A stretch of DNA of 64,000 nt from positions 1,088,001 through 1,152,000 of the forward strand of contig CAVSZB010000007.1 of the NCBI GenBank assembly GCA_963732385.1, in the 5' to 3' direction. Below the pieces are notes generated by a model. The model saw only the letters and a program-made list of their open reading frames with translations. It was not told the DNA's origin and did no database searches. A program made the position numbers and the translations under genes. Shown here piece after piece: positions 9,869 to 20,347 of this stretch; within the stretch, counting starts at the first letter, position 1, and each line of letters opens with the position of its first letter. This DNA is from an uncultured bacterium (GTDB lineage: Bacteria > Krumholzibacteriota > Krumholzibacteriia > LZORAL124-64-63).

Positions 9869-10840
9869 ATGACGCGAACACTCGAAACCCTGCTCCTGCT
9901 CGCCCTGCCCGCATCGGGCAAGTCGGAGGTGCGCCGTTATCTGGCCGGCCTCGATCCCACCGTCTGCGGCGCCGACTTCCAGCTCGGAGAAACGGTCCAG
10001 CTCGACGATTTCCCCTACGTGCATCTCATGCGACGAATCAGCCAGGAGCTCAAGCAGCGCGGGCGCGACGGCATCTTCTTCGCTTCGGACGAGCTGCCGT
10101 TCCAGGACCCGCGCGACTGGGGCACCCTGATCGAGCTGCTCAACGAGGACTACGCCGACCTCGTCGCCCGGCGACGTCCCGCGCCGGCCTCCGCCGCGGA
10201 GTGGATCTTCGACCGTTTCGATGCCGCCCGCCGGGCGGCGGGTGCGCCCGCCCTGCTCGGCGATCTGCCGACGACCACCCGCCGCGAGGTGGCGGCGGCC
10301 CTCGAACCCGAGGCGGCGGACCTGCTGCGCGAGCGCAACGCCGGCATCCCCGACAGCCTCGACGGCAAAACCGTGGTCATCGAATTCGCGCGGGGCGGCC
10401 CGGACGGCTCGGCCCTGCCTCTGCCGGCGCCGTACGGCTACCGGCACTCGCTGGCGATGCTCAGCCCGGCCATCCTCGAGCGGGCGGCCATCCTCTACAT
10501 CTGGGTCACCCCGGAAGAGTCGCGCCGGAAGAACCGGGCGCGGGCCAATCCCGACGACCCCGGCTCCATCCTCCACCACGGCGTGCCCGACGCCGTGATG
10601 TACGGCGACTACGGCTGCGACGACATCGCCTGGCTGCTCGACCAATCCGACCGGCCCGACGCCGTGCGCGTCGACGCCCACGGCCGCCCGTGGCACCTGC
10701 CGCTCGGCCGCTTCGACAACCGCGTCGACAAGACCTCATTCGTGCGCGAGGAACGCGCCCGCTGGGCGTCCGGCGATGTGGCGGCGCTGCACGCCGGCCT
10801 GCGGGAGGCGTTCGCGAGCGTGGCGCGCGCGCGGGGCTGA
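9869..10840 (+). CDS. Hypothetical P-loop-like protein
   Basis: GAGGAG SD. LLLLALPASGKSE is a Walker A-like motif at the N-terminus, followed by TVVIEFARGG and ILYIWVTPEESRRKN. Confidence 0.7.
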   Translation: MTRTLETLLLLALPASGKSEVRRYLAGLDPTVCGADFQLGETVQLDDFPYVHLMRRISQELKQRGRDGIFFASDELPFQDPRDWGTLIELLNEDYADLVARRRPAPASAAEWIFDRFDAARRAAGAPALLGDLPTTTRREVAAALEPEAADLLRERNAGIPDSLDGKTVVIEFARGGPDGSALPLPAPYGYRHSLAMLSPAILERAAILYIWVTPEESRRKNRARANPDDPGSILHHGVPDAVMYGDYGCDDIAWLLDQSDRPDAVRVDAHGRPWHLPLGRFDNRVDKTSFVREERARWASGDVAALHAGLREAFASVARARG

Positions 10841-10855
10841 GGGGAAGCGCGGAAT

Positions 10856-11236
10856 TCAGCGGGGAATGTCGTCGAACGGGCCGACCCAGCGATTCACCAT
10901 GTCGCCCAGCACCTTGAGGGTGACCGGCTTGGCGAGGTAGTCGCTCATCCCCGCCACCAGGCACCGCTCGCGGTCGGTGGCGAAGGCATGCGCCGTGATG
11001 GCGATGATCGGCAGGTCGGCGCGCCCACGGGCGCGGATCTCGCGCGCGGTGGTGAATCCATCCATCACCGGCATCTGGACGTCCAGCAGGACGGCGTCGT
11101 ACTCGACCTTCTCCAGCACCTCGAGGGCGTCGGCGCCGTTGGCTACGGCGTCGACATCGTACCCTAGCTTCTGCAGCATGCGGGTCTCCATGTTGCGGTT
11201 GACGTCGTTGTCCTCGACCAGCAGAAGCCGGATCAC
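10856..11236 (-). CDS. Single-domain CheY-like response regulator
   Basis: LLLVEDNDVN, VLLDVQMPVMDG, IIAITAHA and DYLAKP motifs. GTG start after GGAGGGG. Confidence 0.9.
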   Translation of the reverse strand: MIRLLLVEDNDVNRNMETRMLQKLGYDVDAVANGADALEVLEKVEYDAVLLDVQMPVMDGFTTAREIRARGRADLPIIAITAHAFATDRERCLVAGMSDYLAKPVTLKVLGDMVNRWVGPFDDIPR

Positions 11237-11359
11237 ACGTCCCCTCCCCCCGCGCCGCGCTCCCCACCTGGATCGCCGGGCGCGCACGCAGCTTTCCCCC
11301 GGGATATCTCGACGGATTTGCCTCGAACTTGAGGCGATATTCCACATCTGGCGCCGCGC

Positions 11360-11938
11360 TCAGCGCGAATGGCCGGCGCCCTCGGTCGCCGCCACCTCCA
11401 GCCGCAACGGCAGCACGATGCGCGCCGGCGCGAGACAGCTGCTGGCGTCGCACGCCTGCACCTCGAGGACCAGCTCCACCCGCCGCGAACCGGCCAGACA
11501 ACTGTCGGGCAGCACGCCGCCCACGGCGATGGTCTGGCGACCGGCCAGCAGGCGCACCGGGGTGCCGAAGAAGTCGCCCGACCGACCCTCGGGATGGGCC
11601 ACCGACGCCCCGGCCAGCGGTCCGGGCGCCAATCCCGTCAGATCGACACCGTAGAAAACCGTGTCGCCGTGCGCGTAGAGATGCCACCCCTTCTTCACGG
11701 TGAAATCGATCGCGAAGGCGTAGGGACGGCCAGGAACCACCGTCAGAACCGCGGGCCTCAGCACGGCCCTGACCACCCCCGCCGAATCGGCCAGCCGGTC
11801 GCCGGCCGACTCGCCGGCGGCGGCGGCACCGGGCGCCGCAACGGCGGACACCGACGCGGCGCAACACACGAAGCAGGCGAGACAGCCGAGACGGAGCAGC
11901 CTCCCGATCCGGGCTCCTGGCGCGATACGGCTGATCAT
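11360..11938 (-). CDS. Stand-alone DsbD N-terminal-like (protein-disulfide reductase) domain protein
   Basis: Signal-like N-terminus, KKGWHLYA and QACDASSCLAP (C-x4-C). The start overlaps the decarboxylase stop (TGATG). Confidence 0.7.
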   Translation of the reverse strand: MISRIAPGARIGRLLRLGCLACFVCCAASVSAVAAPGAAAAGESAGDRLADSAGVVRAVLRPAVLTVVPGRPYAFAIDFTVKKGWHLYAHGDTVFYGVDLTGLAPGPLAGASVAHPEGRSGDFFGTPVRLLAGRQTIAVGGVLPDSCLAGSRRVELVLEVQACDASSCLAPARIVLPLRLEVAATEGAGHSR

Positions 11939-13527
11939 CAGGCACCTCCGGAGGCGGGCGGCGACGGACGGTGCGTCGCGGCGGCCGCGGGCAGCAGACG
12001 GGCGGTGGCCCGCTCGATGACGCGCAGGAGGCGATCGATGTCGTCCCGGCGCATGCGGCGGTTCTCGACATTCACGCGCAGGGCGACCCGTCCCTTCAGG
12101 ATCGTGTGGCTGAACCAGGCGTCCCCCTCGCGCTCCACGAGATCCTGCAGATCCCGGTTGAGTTGATCGACCGTCTCGGGCGCCAGCGGCGGCGCACCCG
12201 GCGCCGGCAGCGGGCGCCAGCGAAACGTGCAGATGCCGAGACTGTTCGGCCCGATCAGTTCGTACTCCGGCCGGCGGCGCAGCAGACCGGCCAGCGCGCG
12301 GGCCAGGTCGATGTCCTGCTCGATCCAGGAGGCGTACCGGCTGCGTCCGGTCATCTTGAAGGCCAGCCAGATCTTCAGGGCATTGAAGCGGCGGCTGCCC
12401 TGGATCCCATACTGGAAGAAGTTTACCTTGTCCCCCTTGTGGAAGCCACGGGGATCGGGCGGAGGCAGGTCGTCGGCGCCGAGCGGCTGGCGCTCCATGT
12501 AATACTCGGGATGCACCAGGAAACTGCGCCGCAGGAAATCGCCGTCGCGGACCAGGATCGCGCCGGCCTCGAACGGCACGTACAGCCACTTGTGCGGATC
12601 GACGGTGATCGAGTCGGCCAGCTCGATCCCCCGCAACAGGACCCGGTAGCGCTCAGACAGCAGGGCGGCTCCGCCATACGCCGCATCGACATGGAACCAA
12701 CAGCCGTGACGGCGGGCGATCGCCGCCAGCCGGTCCAGCTTGTCCACGCTGCCCGTGTTAGTGGTGCCGGCGATTCCGATGATGCAGCAGGGACGCCGTC
12801 CCGCCGCCCGATCGGCCGCGATCGCCTGTTCGAGCGCCTCGAGATCGATGCGGAAGAGCGGGTCTTCGGGGATCTTGCGCAACTGCGAGCGTCCGAGACC
12901 GAGCAGGTTCACCGCCTTGTCGAAACTGTAATGGGCCTGTGCGGAGACGTACATCGTCAACTCGCGCAGATCCGCGGCCGCCGGATCGTCGGGGAGATCT
13001 TCCTGCGAAAGATCGCGCCCGAGCGCCCGGTTGACCGCGAGTTTCAACCCGGTCACGTTGGCGAGCGAGCCTCCGGCCGTCAGCGTACCGAACGCATCCT
13101 CGCCGAGGCCGCACAGGCCACACAACCAGCGGACCACCCTTTTCTCGATGGCGGTCGCTGCGGGGGCGTGCCGCCAGGAGGCCGCGTTCTGGTTCATCAC
13201 GGCCGCGAGCGCGTCGGCGAAGACCGCCACCGGCAGCGGCGCGGGATTCATCATGCCGAAGTAACGCCGGCTTCCGATGGCCATGGAATTGGGAAAGACT
13301 TTCGATCGGCACTCCTGCAGGAGGACATCGTAGTCCGTGCCGCTCTCGGGCAGCGGTTCGTCGAAGAGGTCGTCCATGCCGGCCGGCGAGACGGGCCCGT
13401 ACACGCGGCGCCCCTCCAACCCCTCGAGGTACTCGGCCATCAGGTCGACGAAGGCATAGCCCAGGTCGCGGAAAGCGTCGGCGTCGAACTCCTGGCCATC
13501 GCGCCGCGCATCGCGCTCGTCGGTCAC
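11938..13527 (-). CDS. Group II PLP-dependent decarboxylase (aromatic amino acid/DAB decarboxylase family)
   Basis: GGSLAN, AHYSFDKA, AGTTNTGSVD, HVDAAYGG and DSITVDPHKWL (PLP lysine) motifs. Confidence 0.9.
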   Translation of the reverse strand: MTDERDARRDGQEFDADAFRDLGYAFVDLMAEYLEGLEGRRVYGPVSPAGMDDLFDEPLPESGTDYDVLLQECRSKVFPNSMAIGSRRYFGMMNPAPLPVAVFADALAAVMNQNAASWRHAPAATAIEKRVVRWLCGLCGLGEDAFGTLTAGGSLANVTGLKLAVNRALGRDLSQEDLPDDPAAADLRELTMYVSAQAHYSFDKAVNLLGLGRSQLRKIPEDPLFRIDLEALEQAIAADRAAGRRPCCIIGIAGTTNTGSVDKLDRLAAIARRHGCWFHVDAAYGGAALLSERYRVLLRGIELADSITVDPHKWLYVPFEAGAILVRDGDFLRRSFLVHPEYYMERQPLGADDLPPPDPRGFHKGDKVNFFQYGIQGSRRFNALKIWLAFKMTGRSRYASWIEQDIDLARALAGLLRRRPEYELIGPNSLGICTFRWRPLPAPGAPPLAPETVDQLNRDLQDLVEREGDAWFSHTILKGRVALRVNVENRRMRRDDIDRLLRVIERATARLLPAAAATHRPSPPASGGA

Positions 13528-14447
13528 CGCGCCCGCTCCTCTCCGGCCGGGGACGGAGGGAACCGTCCGGCCGCAATCTCCTCCAGCACCACCGCACCGC
13601 CGCTCGCCTGCACCGCCGGCGCGACCCGGTCGGCCGCGGCGCGCACCGGCGCCGGCGCGTTGCCCATCGCCACGCTGTAGCCCGCCACCTCGAACAAATC
13701 GAGGTCGTTGTAGTTGTCCCCCAGGGCGACGATGCGTTCGCGCGGGATGCCGTACTCGGCCGCCAGCAACAACGCCCCCGCCCCCTTGCCACAGTCGCGG
13801 TGATAGACCTCCGCCCAGCGGTACCGTTCGCGGCTGAGCAGCGATTCGGTGTTGACCACCCGCACGACGTGCCCCAGTTCCTGTTCGATGGCTGCGGTGA
13901 GCCGCGACACGAGATCCTCGCGATCGATGGTCCCCACTTCGAGCGCCTCGTCCGGCAGGGCGGACTCGAGATCCTCCACCACGTTGATCGCGCCCACCGT
14001 GGCGCGCCGGCGGTCGAGGTACCGCGCGAGCACCGAGTTCGCGTTGCCCGCTTCGTGGTGCAGGACGCCGTCGCGATCATCGGTGTCGTACACCATGGGC
14101 AGCGCGCCGTGCGCCCGGAAAAGAGCCACCAGACGACTCAGCGTCGCCCGATCCAGCGTGCGATGCGCCAGACGCCGCCGCGGCTCGCCGCCCACGACGA
14201 CGGCGCCGTTGAGCAGCACCAGCGGCAGGTCAGCCAGCAGCGGGTCGCAGCGGTCCAGCAGGCCGGCCACGGAACGGCTGTTGCGCCCCGTGCAGAGCGC
14301 CACCACGTGTCCGGCCTCGCGCGCGGTCAGCAGCGCCGCCACTTCGCGGGGACGCAGCACATCCTCGAACTCGCTGTCGAGGAGCGTGCCATCGACATCG
14401 ACGGCGATCAGGAGTCTGCCCTTGCCGACCACAGGTTCCTTGCCCAT
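13524..14447 (-). CDS. Cof-type HAD-IIB family phosphatase
   Basis: IAVDVDGTLL, LCTGRN, CGKGAG, ALGDNYNDLDL and AMGNA motifs. Confidence 0.88.
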   Translation of the reverse strand: MGKEPVVGKGRLLIAVDVDGTLLDSEFEDVLRPREVAALLTAREAGHVVALCTGRNSRSVAGLLDRCDPLLADLPLVLLNGAVVVGGEPRRRLAHRTLDRATLSRLVALFRAHGALPMVYDTDDRDGVLHHEAGNANSVLARYLDRRRATVGAINVVEDLESALPDEALEVGTIDREDLVSRLTAAIEQELGHVVRVVNTESLLSRERYRWAEVYHRDCGKGAGALLLAAEYGIPRERIVALGDNYNDLDLFEVAGYSVAMGNAPAPVRAAADRVAPAVQASGGAVVLEEIAAGRFPPSPAGEERAR

Positions 14448-14507
14448 GCGGGGCAATATCGACCACCGGCCAAGAGAGCGCCAGCGGCAGCTCCGCTTTG
14501 CGGGCCG

Positions 14508-15356
14508 CTACGGCCCATCCTTCCAGGCCCGCGAGGCCTGTCCGGCCGGCGGCGCCACGAATGAACGGCAGAAACCGGAGAGGACGCGCGCCGCGGGACG
14601 ACCGTTGGGGAAAACCTTGTCCGCCCGGAAATCGAATTCGCCCATGAGCCGGCGCGATTCCCGGTTGACGCCGAGCGCCAGGCCGACGAGGCGTCCGTCG
14701 AGCCGGCCGAGCGCGAGTCCCTCCGTCCAGGAATCGTCGAGGGCGCTGCCCAGCAGCCTGTCGACCCAGCCGTCGGCATCGAGCACCAGCCAGCCCTCAT
14801 CCAGTCGCCAGCAGACGACCCCCGCATAGGGGAAGACCCGCGCGGAGTCGTCGCGCGCGAGCCGGAGGTTGGCGTCGCCGAGCCGCCACTCGCTCAGGAC
14901 GATTTCGCGCGAGAGGCGCAGGGTGCCGGGGTGGTAGCCGAGTATGCTGTACGGCATGGGAAAAGCGAGATCGCCGTCGAGACTGAGCCGCCAGCGGCGG
15001 GTTGGGCGCGGGCCCCCGAGCGCCGTAGACGCGGAGTCGATGACCGCCTGTCGTTCCACGCGGCGGATCCGGTCAAGCGGCAGTCGCGTGGGGCGGCCGC
15101 TGCCCGCGACCCGCACCGCCAGCGCCGGCGCCTCCCAGACGCCCAGCGAATCGCCCTCGGCGATGGCGATGAGCAGTTCGAACAGCGGATCGCGCACTTC
15201 CGGAAGCGCGGCCGCCGCGGTCACACCGTCGGCGCGCCGTACGCGGCCCGGAGCGTCACGATCTCCAGCCGCCGTTGCGGCGCCGGGACTGCCGACCACC
15301 GTCGCCGCGAGGCCGAGCGCGAGCAGCAGGTTCCGGAGCGCCGGGAGCCGTCTCAA
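14508..15356 (-). CDS. Hypothetical secreted protein, paralogue of 15353..16270
   Basis: TTG start overlaps the upstream stop. Signal peptide (LLLALGLAATVVG). Colinear similarity to the upstream gene. Confidence 0.75.
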   Translation of the reverse strand: MRRLPALRNLLLALGLAATVVGSPGAATAAGDRDAPGRVRRADGVTAAAALPEVRDPLFELLIAIAEGDSLGVWEAPALAVRVAGSGRPTRLPLDRIRRVERQAVIDSASTALGGPRPTRRWRLSLDGDLAFPMPYSILGYHPGTLRLSREIVLSEWRLGDANLRLARDDSARVFPYAGVVCWRLDEGWLVLDADGWVDRLLGSALDDSWTEGLALGRLDGRLVGLALGVNRESRRLMGEFDFRADKVFPNGRPAARVLSGFCRSFVAPPAGQASRAWKDGP

Positions 15357-16270
15357 GGCGCCTCTCCCTCGCCGACCTCGAAGCGCCACGGCACGCGCGC
15401 CGATCCCGGCGGCGGGGCGACCCAGGGCCGGGCCAGCCGGCTCAGCCCGCGCGCCGCCGGTTCCGGATGCGCCACGATGCGGTCGTGGCCGAGATCGAAC
15501 TCGCCGTAGTCGTCGCCCCCATCGCGGTTTGTCAGCAGCGAGACCTCGAATGGCCGCCCTGCGTGGCGCGCGAAGACAAAACCGCAGGTCCAGTAGTCGT
15601 CCAGCAGCCCGCCGAGTAGCGCGTCGAGCCAGGCATCGACGTCCAGCACGAACCACCCCGTGTCCAGGCGCAGCACGCACACATCGCTCACGTCGATGGT
15701 GTCGAGGCGGCCGTCGACGACGACATGGAGGGTCTGATCCTGCAGACGCCACTCGCTCAGGACGAAGGTGCGGGCCGCCGCGAGCGTGCCGGGGTGGTAG
15801 CCCAGGAAGGCGTAGGGCAGCGGCAGCCGCAGCGCGTGTGACAGTTCGAGTTCCCACACGCGTGTGACGGTCGCGCCGCGGCGCTGCTCCGCCTCGGCGA
15901 CCGTGGCGGGGCGTCGCACGATCCGCACGATGTCGCCCAGCGGCAGCCGGCTGCGCCGCCCGGAGTCCGCCACATAGCGTGCGAGCCGCGCCCCGTCCCA
16001 GATTCCCAGCGAGTCGTTTTCCGTGATCGCGAACAGCAACTCCAGGACCGGATCGCGCACGCCCGAAGGGGGCACGGGCTGGGCCGCGTCGACGCTGTCG
16101 GCGCGGTCCGCACCGGCGCCGGCCGCCGGGGCCGAACTGTCGGCGGCAGCCGGGGCGTGTCGCTGCGGCTGGTGGTCCGGGCGGGCGTCGGCCAGGGCGG
16201 TCGCGACCAGCAGCATCACCGGCACCAGCCAGCCGGAGCGCAGGGCGCACGAGGCGCGGCGCATGTTCAC
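15353..16270 (-). CDS. Hypothetical secreted protein, paralogue of 14508..15356
   Basis: Start overlaps the pdxT stop. Signal peptide (WLVPVMLLVATALA). Shares LGYHPGTL, VLSEWRL and LDDxWTxG with the downstream gene. Confidence 0.75.
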   Translation of the reverse strand: MNMRRASCALRSGWLVPVMLLVATALADARPDHQPQRHAPAAADSSAPAAGAGADRADSVDAAQPVPPSGVRDPVLELLFAITENDSLGIWDGARLARYVADSGRRSRLPLGDIVRIVRRPATVAEAEQRRGATVTRVWELELSHALRLPLPYAFLGYHPGTLAAARTFVLSEWRLQDQTLHVVVDGRLDTIDVSDVCVLRLDTGWFVLDVDAWLDALLGGLLDDYWTCGFVFARHAGRPFEVSLLTNRDGGDDYGEFDLGHDRIVAHPEPAARGLSRLARPWVAPPPGSARVPWRFEVGEGEAP

Positions 16271-16860
16271 TCCCCCCCGCAGGACGCCACGAAACGGGCG
16301 TGCACACGCAGGTTGTCGGTCAATTCAGGATGGAAGGTCAGGCCGTGCACCAGCCCCTGCCGCACCGCGACCGGTTCACCGCGGTGGGTTCCCAGCACCG
16401 CGCAGGCCGGACCGGTCGCGAGGATCCGCGGCGCGCGGATGAAGACGGCGGGAAACGACGCGCTGTCGCCATCGAGCGGGGTGAGATCGACGTCAGCGCT
16501 GAACGAGTCGACCTGCCGGCCGTAGCCGTTGCGCCGCACGAGACAGTCGAGCAGCCCGAGCGGCGTCACGCCGTGCCGCGGCGAATCCTCGTCGAGCCGC
16601 TGCGCCAGCATGATCAGCCCGGCGCAGGTGCCGAGCACCGGTCGCCGCGCGGCGAAGGCGACCAGCGGCTCGCGCAGACCGCCGCGGTCGAGCAGGCGCG
16701 TGAGCGTGGTCGACTCGCCTCCGGGGATGATCAGTCCGGCGCATCCCCCCAGCTCCGCGGGCCGGCGCACGAGCCGCCACGGCGAGCCGAGGCAGTCGAG
16801 CGCCCGGGCGTGGAGGGAGAAATCGCCCTGCAGGGCGAGCAGTCCGATCGGTCGGGTCAC
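16267..16860 (-). CDS. pdxT: PLP synthase glutaminase subunit
   Basis: [41 protein letters not shown] and FHPEL motifs. Confidence 0.95.
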   Translation of the reverse strand: MTRPIGLLALQGDFSLHARALDCLGSPWRLVRRPAELGGCAGLIIPGGESTTLTRLLDRGGLREPLVAFAARRPVLGTCAGLIMLAQRLDEDSPRHGVTPLGLLDCLVRRNGYGRQVDSFSADVDLTPLDGDSASFPAVFIRAPRILATGPACAVLGTHRGEPVAVRQGLVHGLTFHPELTDNLRVHARFVASCGGE

Positions 16861-17750
16861 CAGCCCCGTCCGGCCAGGCGCTGGTCCTCGGGGATCTTCG
16901 CGATCTCCAGACCGGCCATGGCGTCACCGAGGTCCATCGAGATCTCCAACAGCTTCGCCGGGTCGTCATGGAAGGTGACAGCCTGCACGATCGCCTCGGC
17001 CCGCGGCTTGGGATCCTTGCTCTTGAAAATGCCACTGCCCACGAACACCGTCTCGGCGCCGAGCTGCATCATGAGCGCGGCGTCGGCCGGCGTGGCCACG
17101 CCGCCGGCGGCGAAGTTCGGCACCGGCAGCCGGCCCAGACGCGCGGTCTCGACCATCACGTGATAGGGAGCGCCGAGATTCTTGGCCTCCGCCATCAACT
17201 CCTCGGGGCGCAGGGTCTGCAGGCGACGGATTCCCTCCTGCACGGCCCGCATGTGCCGCACCGCCTCGACGATATTGCCGCTGCCCGCCTCGCCCTTCGT
17301 GCGGATCATGGCCGCCCCCTCGCCCACGCGTCGCAGCGCCTCGCCGAGGTCGCGGCAGCCGCAGACGAACGGCACCTTGAAGGGGAACTTGTCGATGTGA
17401 TGCTTCTCGTCGGCCGGCGTGAGCACCTCGGATTCGTCGATGAAGTCGACGCCGAGCGCCTGGAGGATCTGCGCCTCGACAAAATGCCCGATGCGGCACT
17501 TGGCCATCACCGGGATCGAGACCCGGTCCTGGATCTCCTTGATCATGCGCGGCGCCGACATGCGCGCCACGCCGCCGTCCATGCGGATGTCCGCCGGGAT
17601 GCGCTCGAGCGCCATGACCGCGACCGCGCCCGCGTCCTCGGCGATCTTCGCCTGATCCGCGTTGGTCACGTCCATGATCGCCCCGCCCTTGAGCATCTCC
17701 GCCAGACCGATCTTCTTCCGCATATCCTCATCGTTCCCGGGCGATCCCAT
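16857..17750 (-). CDS. pdxS: PLP synthase lyase subunit
   Basis: [37 protein letters not shown] and [13 protein letters not shown] motifs. Confidence 0.96.
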   Translation of the reverse strand: MGSPGNDEDMRKKIGLAEMLKGGAIMDVTNADQAKIAEDAGAVAVMALERIPADIRMDGGVARMSAPRMIKEIQDRVSIPVMAKCRIGHFVEAQILQALGVDFIDESEVLTPADEKHHIDKFPFKVPFVCGCRDLGEALRRVGEGAAMIRTKGEAGSGNIVEAVRHMRAVQEGIRRLQTLRPEELMAEAKNLGAPYHVMVETARLGRLPVPNFAAGGVATPADAALMMQLGAETVFVGSGIFKSKDPKPRAEAIVQAVTFHDDPAKLLEISMDLGDAMAGLEIAKIPEDQRLAGRGW

Positions 17751-17790
17751 GACGATCTCCTCCTTCAAACCCGCGGCCTGCCGCGCGTCG

Positions 17791-19269
17791 TCAATAGGCC
17801 TGAGCGAACACGACCCGGCCCGTCGATGGCCGCCCGCACTTGATGCAGGCGCCGGCTTCGGCCTCGCGCTGCAGCGGGATGTTGCGGATCGTGACCTTAG
17901 TCTCCTGCTGGATCTGCGTCTCGCACGCACCGTCACCGCACCAGTGGCACCAGGCGAAACCTCCTTCGCCGGCGTACAGCGCGAGGAAGTCGTCCCATCT
18001 GTCCAGCCTCACGGTCGCCGCCTCGCGCCGCGCCAGCGCGCGCGCGAAAAGGTCGCTCTGGATGCGCTCGAGTTCGTCGGCCAGCGCCCGCGCCGCACCC
18101 TCGATCGGCACGGTCGTCTTCTTCCGATCGTGCCGCGCCGCCATCACGACCTGCCCCGCCGCGAGGTCGCGCGGCCCGATCTCGAACCGCACCGGCATCC
18201 CCTTGCGCTCCCACTCGGCGTACTTAGCGCCGGGGCGCAGCTTGTCGCGCTCATCAACGGCGACGACGCCGGCGACCGGCTTGAGCGCCGCGGCCAGTTC
18301 GCGCGCAGCGCCGATCGTGGCGGCCATCTCGTCCGCGCTTTTCCAGATCGGCACGATCACGGCCTTGCGCGCGGCCAGCCGGGGCGGCAGCACCAGCCCG
18401 TCGTCGTCACTGTGCATCATGATCAGCGCACCGATCGACCGGGTCGACAGTCCCCAGCTCGTGGCCCAGACATGGGCGCGCGCGCCCTCGGCATCCTGGA
18501 ACGTGACGTCGAACGCCTTCGCGAAATTCTGCCCGAGGTCGTGGCTGGTGGCCCCCTGCAGCGCCTTCCGGTCCTGCATCAGGGCCTCGACCGAGTAGGT
18601 CTCGACCGCGCCGGCGAATCGCTCGTTGGCGGTCTTCACCCCAGTGAGGACCGGCGCCGCCATGATGTCCTCGTAGAACCAGCGGTACACCTCGAGCATT
18701 TGCAGCGCCTCCTCGCGCCCCTCCTGCGCGGTGGCGTGCGCCGTGTGCCCCTCCTGCCAGAGGAACTCGGTCGTGCGCAGGAAGAGACGCGTGCGCATCT
18801 CCCACCGCATGACATTCGCCCACTGGTTGATCAGGAGAGGCAGGTCGCGGTAACTCTGGATCCACTTGCGGTACATGTCCCAGATCACCGTCTCGCTGGT
18901 GGGGCGGATGATCAGTTCCTCCTCCAGCCTCGAATCGGGATCGGGCACGACTGTCAGCTTGCCGTCCACCGTAGCGGTCTTCAGGCGCGTGTGCGTGACG
19001 ATCGCGCACTCCTTGGCGAAGCCCTCCACGTGCTGCGCCTCACGCGCCAGGAAGCTCTTGGGGATCAGAAGCGGGAAGTAGGCGTTGACATGCCCCAGCT
19101 CCTTGAAGCGGTCGTCGAGAGTCCGCTGGATGGTCTCCCAGATGGCGTAGCCGTTCGGACGGATGACCATGCAGCCGCGCACCGGGCTGTAATCCGCCAG
19201 TTCGGCCGCCTGGATGACGTCGGTGTACCAGCGCGCGTAGTCGACCGACCGCTTCGTGATCTCGGCCAT
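17791..19269 (-). CDS. proS: Proline--tRNA ligase (archaeal/eukaryotic-type)
   Basis: [50 protein letters not shown] and TSWGLSTR motifs, with a C-terminal Zn domain ending FAQAY. Confidence 0.95.
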   Translation of the reverse strand: MAEITKRSVDYARWYTDVIQAAELADYSPVRGCMVIRPNGYAIWETIQRTLDDRFKELGHVNAYFPLLIPKSFLAREAQHVEGFAKECAIVTHTRLKTATVDGKLTVVPDPDSRLEEELIIRPTSETVIWDMYRKWIQSYRDLPLLINQWANVMRWEMRTRLFLRTTEFLWQEGHTAHATAQEGREEALQMLEVYRWFYEDIMAAPVLTGVKTANERFAGAVETYSVEALMQDRKALQGATSHDLGQNFAKAFDVTFQDAEGARAHVWATSWGLSTRSIGALIMMHSDDDGLVLPPRLAARKAVIVPIWKSADEMAATIGAARELAAALKPVAGVVAVDERDKLRPGAKYAEWERKGMPVRFEIGPRDLAAGQVVMAARHDRKKTTVPIEGAARALADELERIQSDLFARALARREAATVRLDRWDDFLALYAGEGGFAWCHWCGDGACETQIQQETKVTIRNIPLQREAEAGACIKCGRPSTGRVVFAQAY

Positions 19270-19439
19270 GCGTGTCCTTTCGGGCGATGCGCCCGTCGAG
19301 CAGGAAAACCGCTCCCCGAACTCCGTGGGTCGCACCGGAGAGACCCGGCAGGAAACCGGCCGGGACGGGGGTCAAGATAACACCCCATGCCGGCGGGCGA
19401 AAGTGCCCCGGGGGCGCGTCCACGGGCATTGACCGCGCC

Positions 19440-20318
19440 TCAGTTGCGCGTCAGCCGCCAGCAGCGCTCGTCGGCGACGATGCCGAAGCGACGCGCCTGC
19501 TCCGGCGTGGCGAGGTCCGCCACGCCGAGCTCCTCCACCGTCCAGGCGGGGCGCTGCAAACGGGCGCCGAAATCGTCTCCGAACCGCCAGGCGTGGGCGT
19601 GCGCGAACCGGGGATCGATCGGAATCGAACGACTGCGCGCGAGCCCCGGCTCCTGGGGCACCTGGATCCAGGCGATCCCTCCCGGCCGCAACAGGCGCGC
19701 GATCTCGTCCAGACAGGGGTCCAGCGCGGGGATGCGCTGGAGTACGTAGCTGCAGAAGAGCGTGCCGATCGAGGCTGTAGCGACGCCAACGGCGCGCAGA
19801 TCGGTCATGAATTCGCAGTCGAATGGCTGGTGCCGGTCGAAGTCGGCGCGAAAACAGCGCCCCGCCCCCTCGCGCGCCAGGAAGTCATGCACGCAGGGCG
19901 ACTGCGCGAAGGCCAGCAGCGCCCCCTCCCTTCGTCCCGGCCGTGCGAGGTCCCTCCGCAGGCCGAGCGCCAGCAGGCGGTGACGATCGAAGGCTCCGCA
20001 ACCGGGACAAATGCAGCGGGGGATGATCTCGCTGGCGGAAAGGAAGGAGCGGAAGTGCCGCCCCTGCCAGCCACACACGGGGCAGACATGCGACCCACCC
20101 GGCGCCAGCCGCTCCACGGCGGCCAGCAGTCCATTGCCGGCCGCCCCTCCGAGCAGCCGCGCCGCCTGGAGGGGATGCCTCCAGAGACAGGCCGGCGAGG
20201 CCGCCTCGAAGAGGGTTCTCTTCGCGAAAGCCCAGGTGGACACTGGTTCTCCCGACCGCCAGGGGTCTGCGCTCTCGTCTCCCGGCGTGAGCATCGCACG
20301 CGCGACCGTCGCCGTCAC
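19440..20318 (-). CDS. Class I SAM-methyltransferase-like protein with N-terminal CxxC motifs (divergent)
   Basis: CPVCG...CPGCGAFDRHRLL and EIARLLRPGGIAWIQVP. The start codon is uncertain. Confidence 0.6.
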   Translation of the reverse strand: MTATVARAMLTPGDESADPWRSGEPVSTWAFAKRTLFEAASPACLWRHPLQAARLLGGAAGNGLLAAVERLAPGGSHVCPVCGWQGRHFRSFLSASEIIPRCICPGCGAFDRHRLLALGLRRDLARPGRREGALLAFAQSPCVHDFLAREGAGRCFRADFDRHQPFDCEFMTDLRAVGVATASIGTLFCSYVLQRIPALDPCLDEIARLLRPGGIAWIQVPQEPGLARSRSIPIDPRFAHAHAWRFGDDFGARLQRPAWTVEELGVADLATPEQARRFGIVADERCWRLTRN

Positions 20319-20347
20319 CTCTGATCCCGCGCGCCGCCCGCTCGCCG

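Noticed and set aside
19270..19439. T-box riboswitch upstream of proS
   Set aside because: I see no T-box consensus (GGTGGNACCGCG) and no terminator with a U tract.
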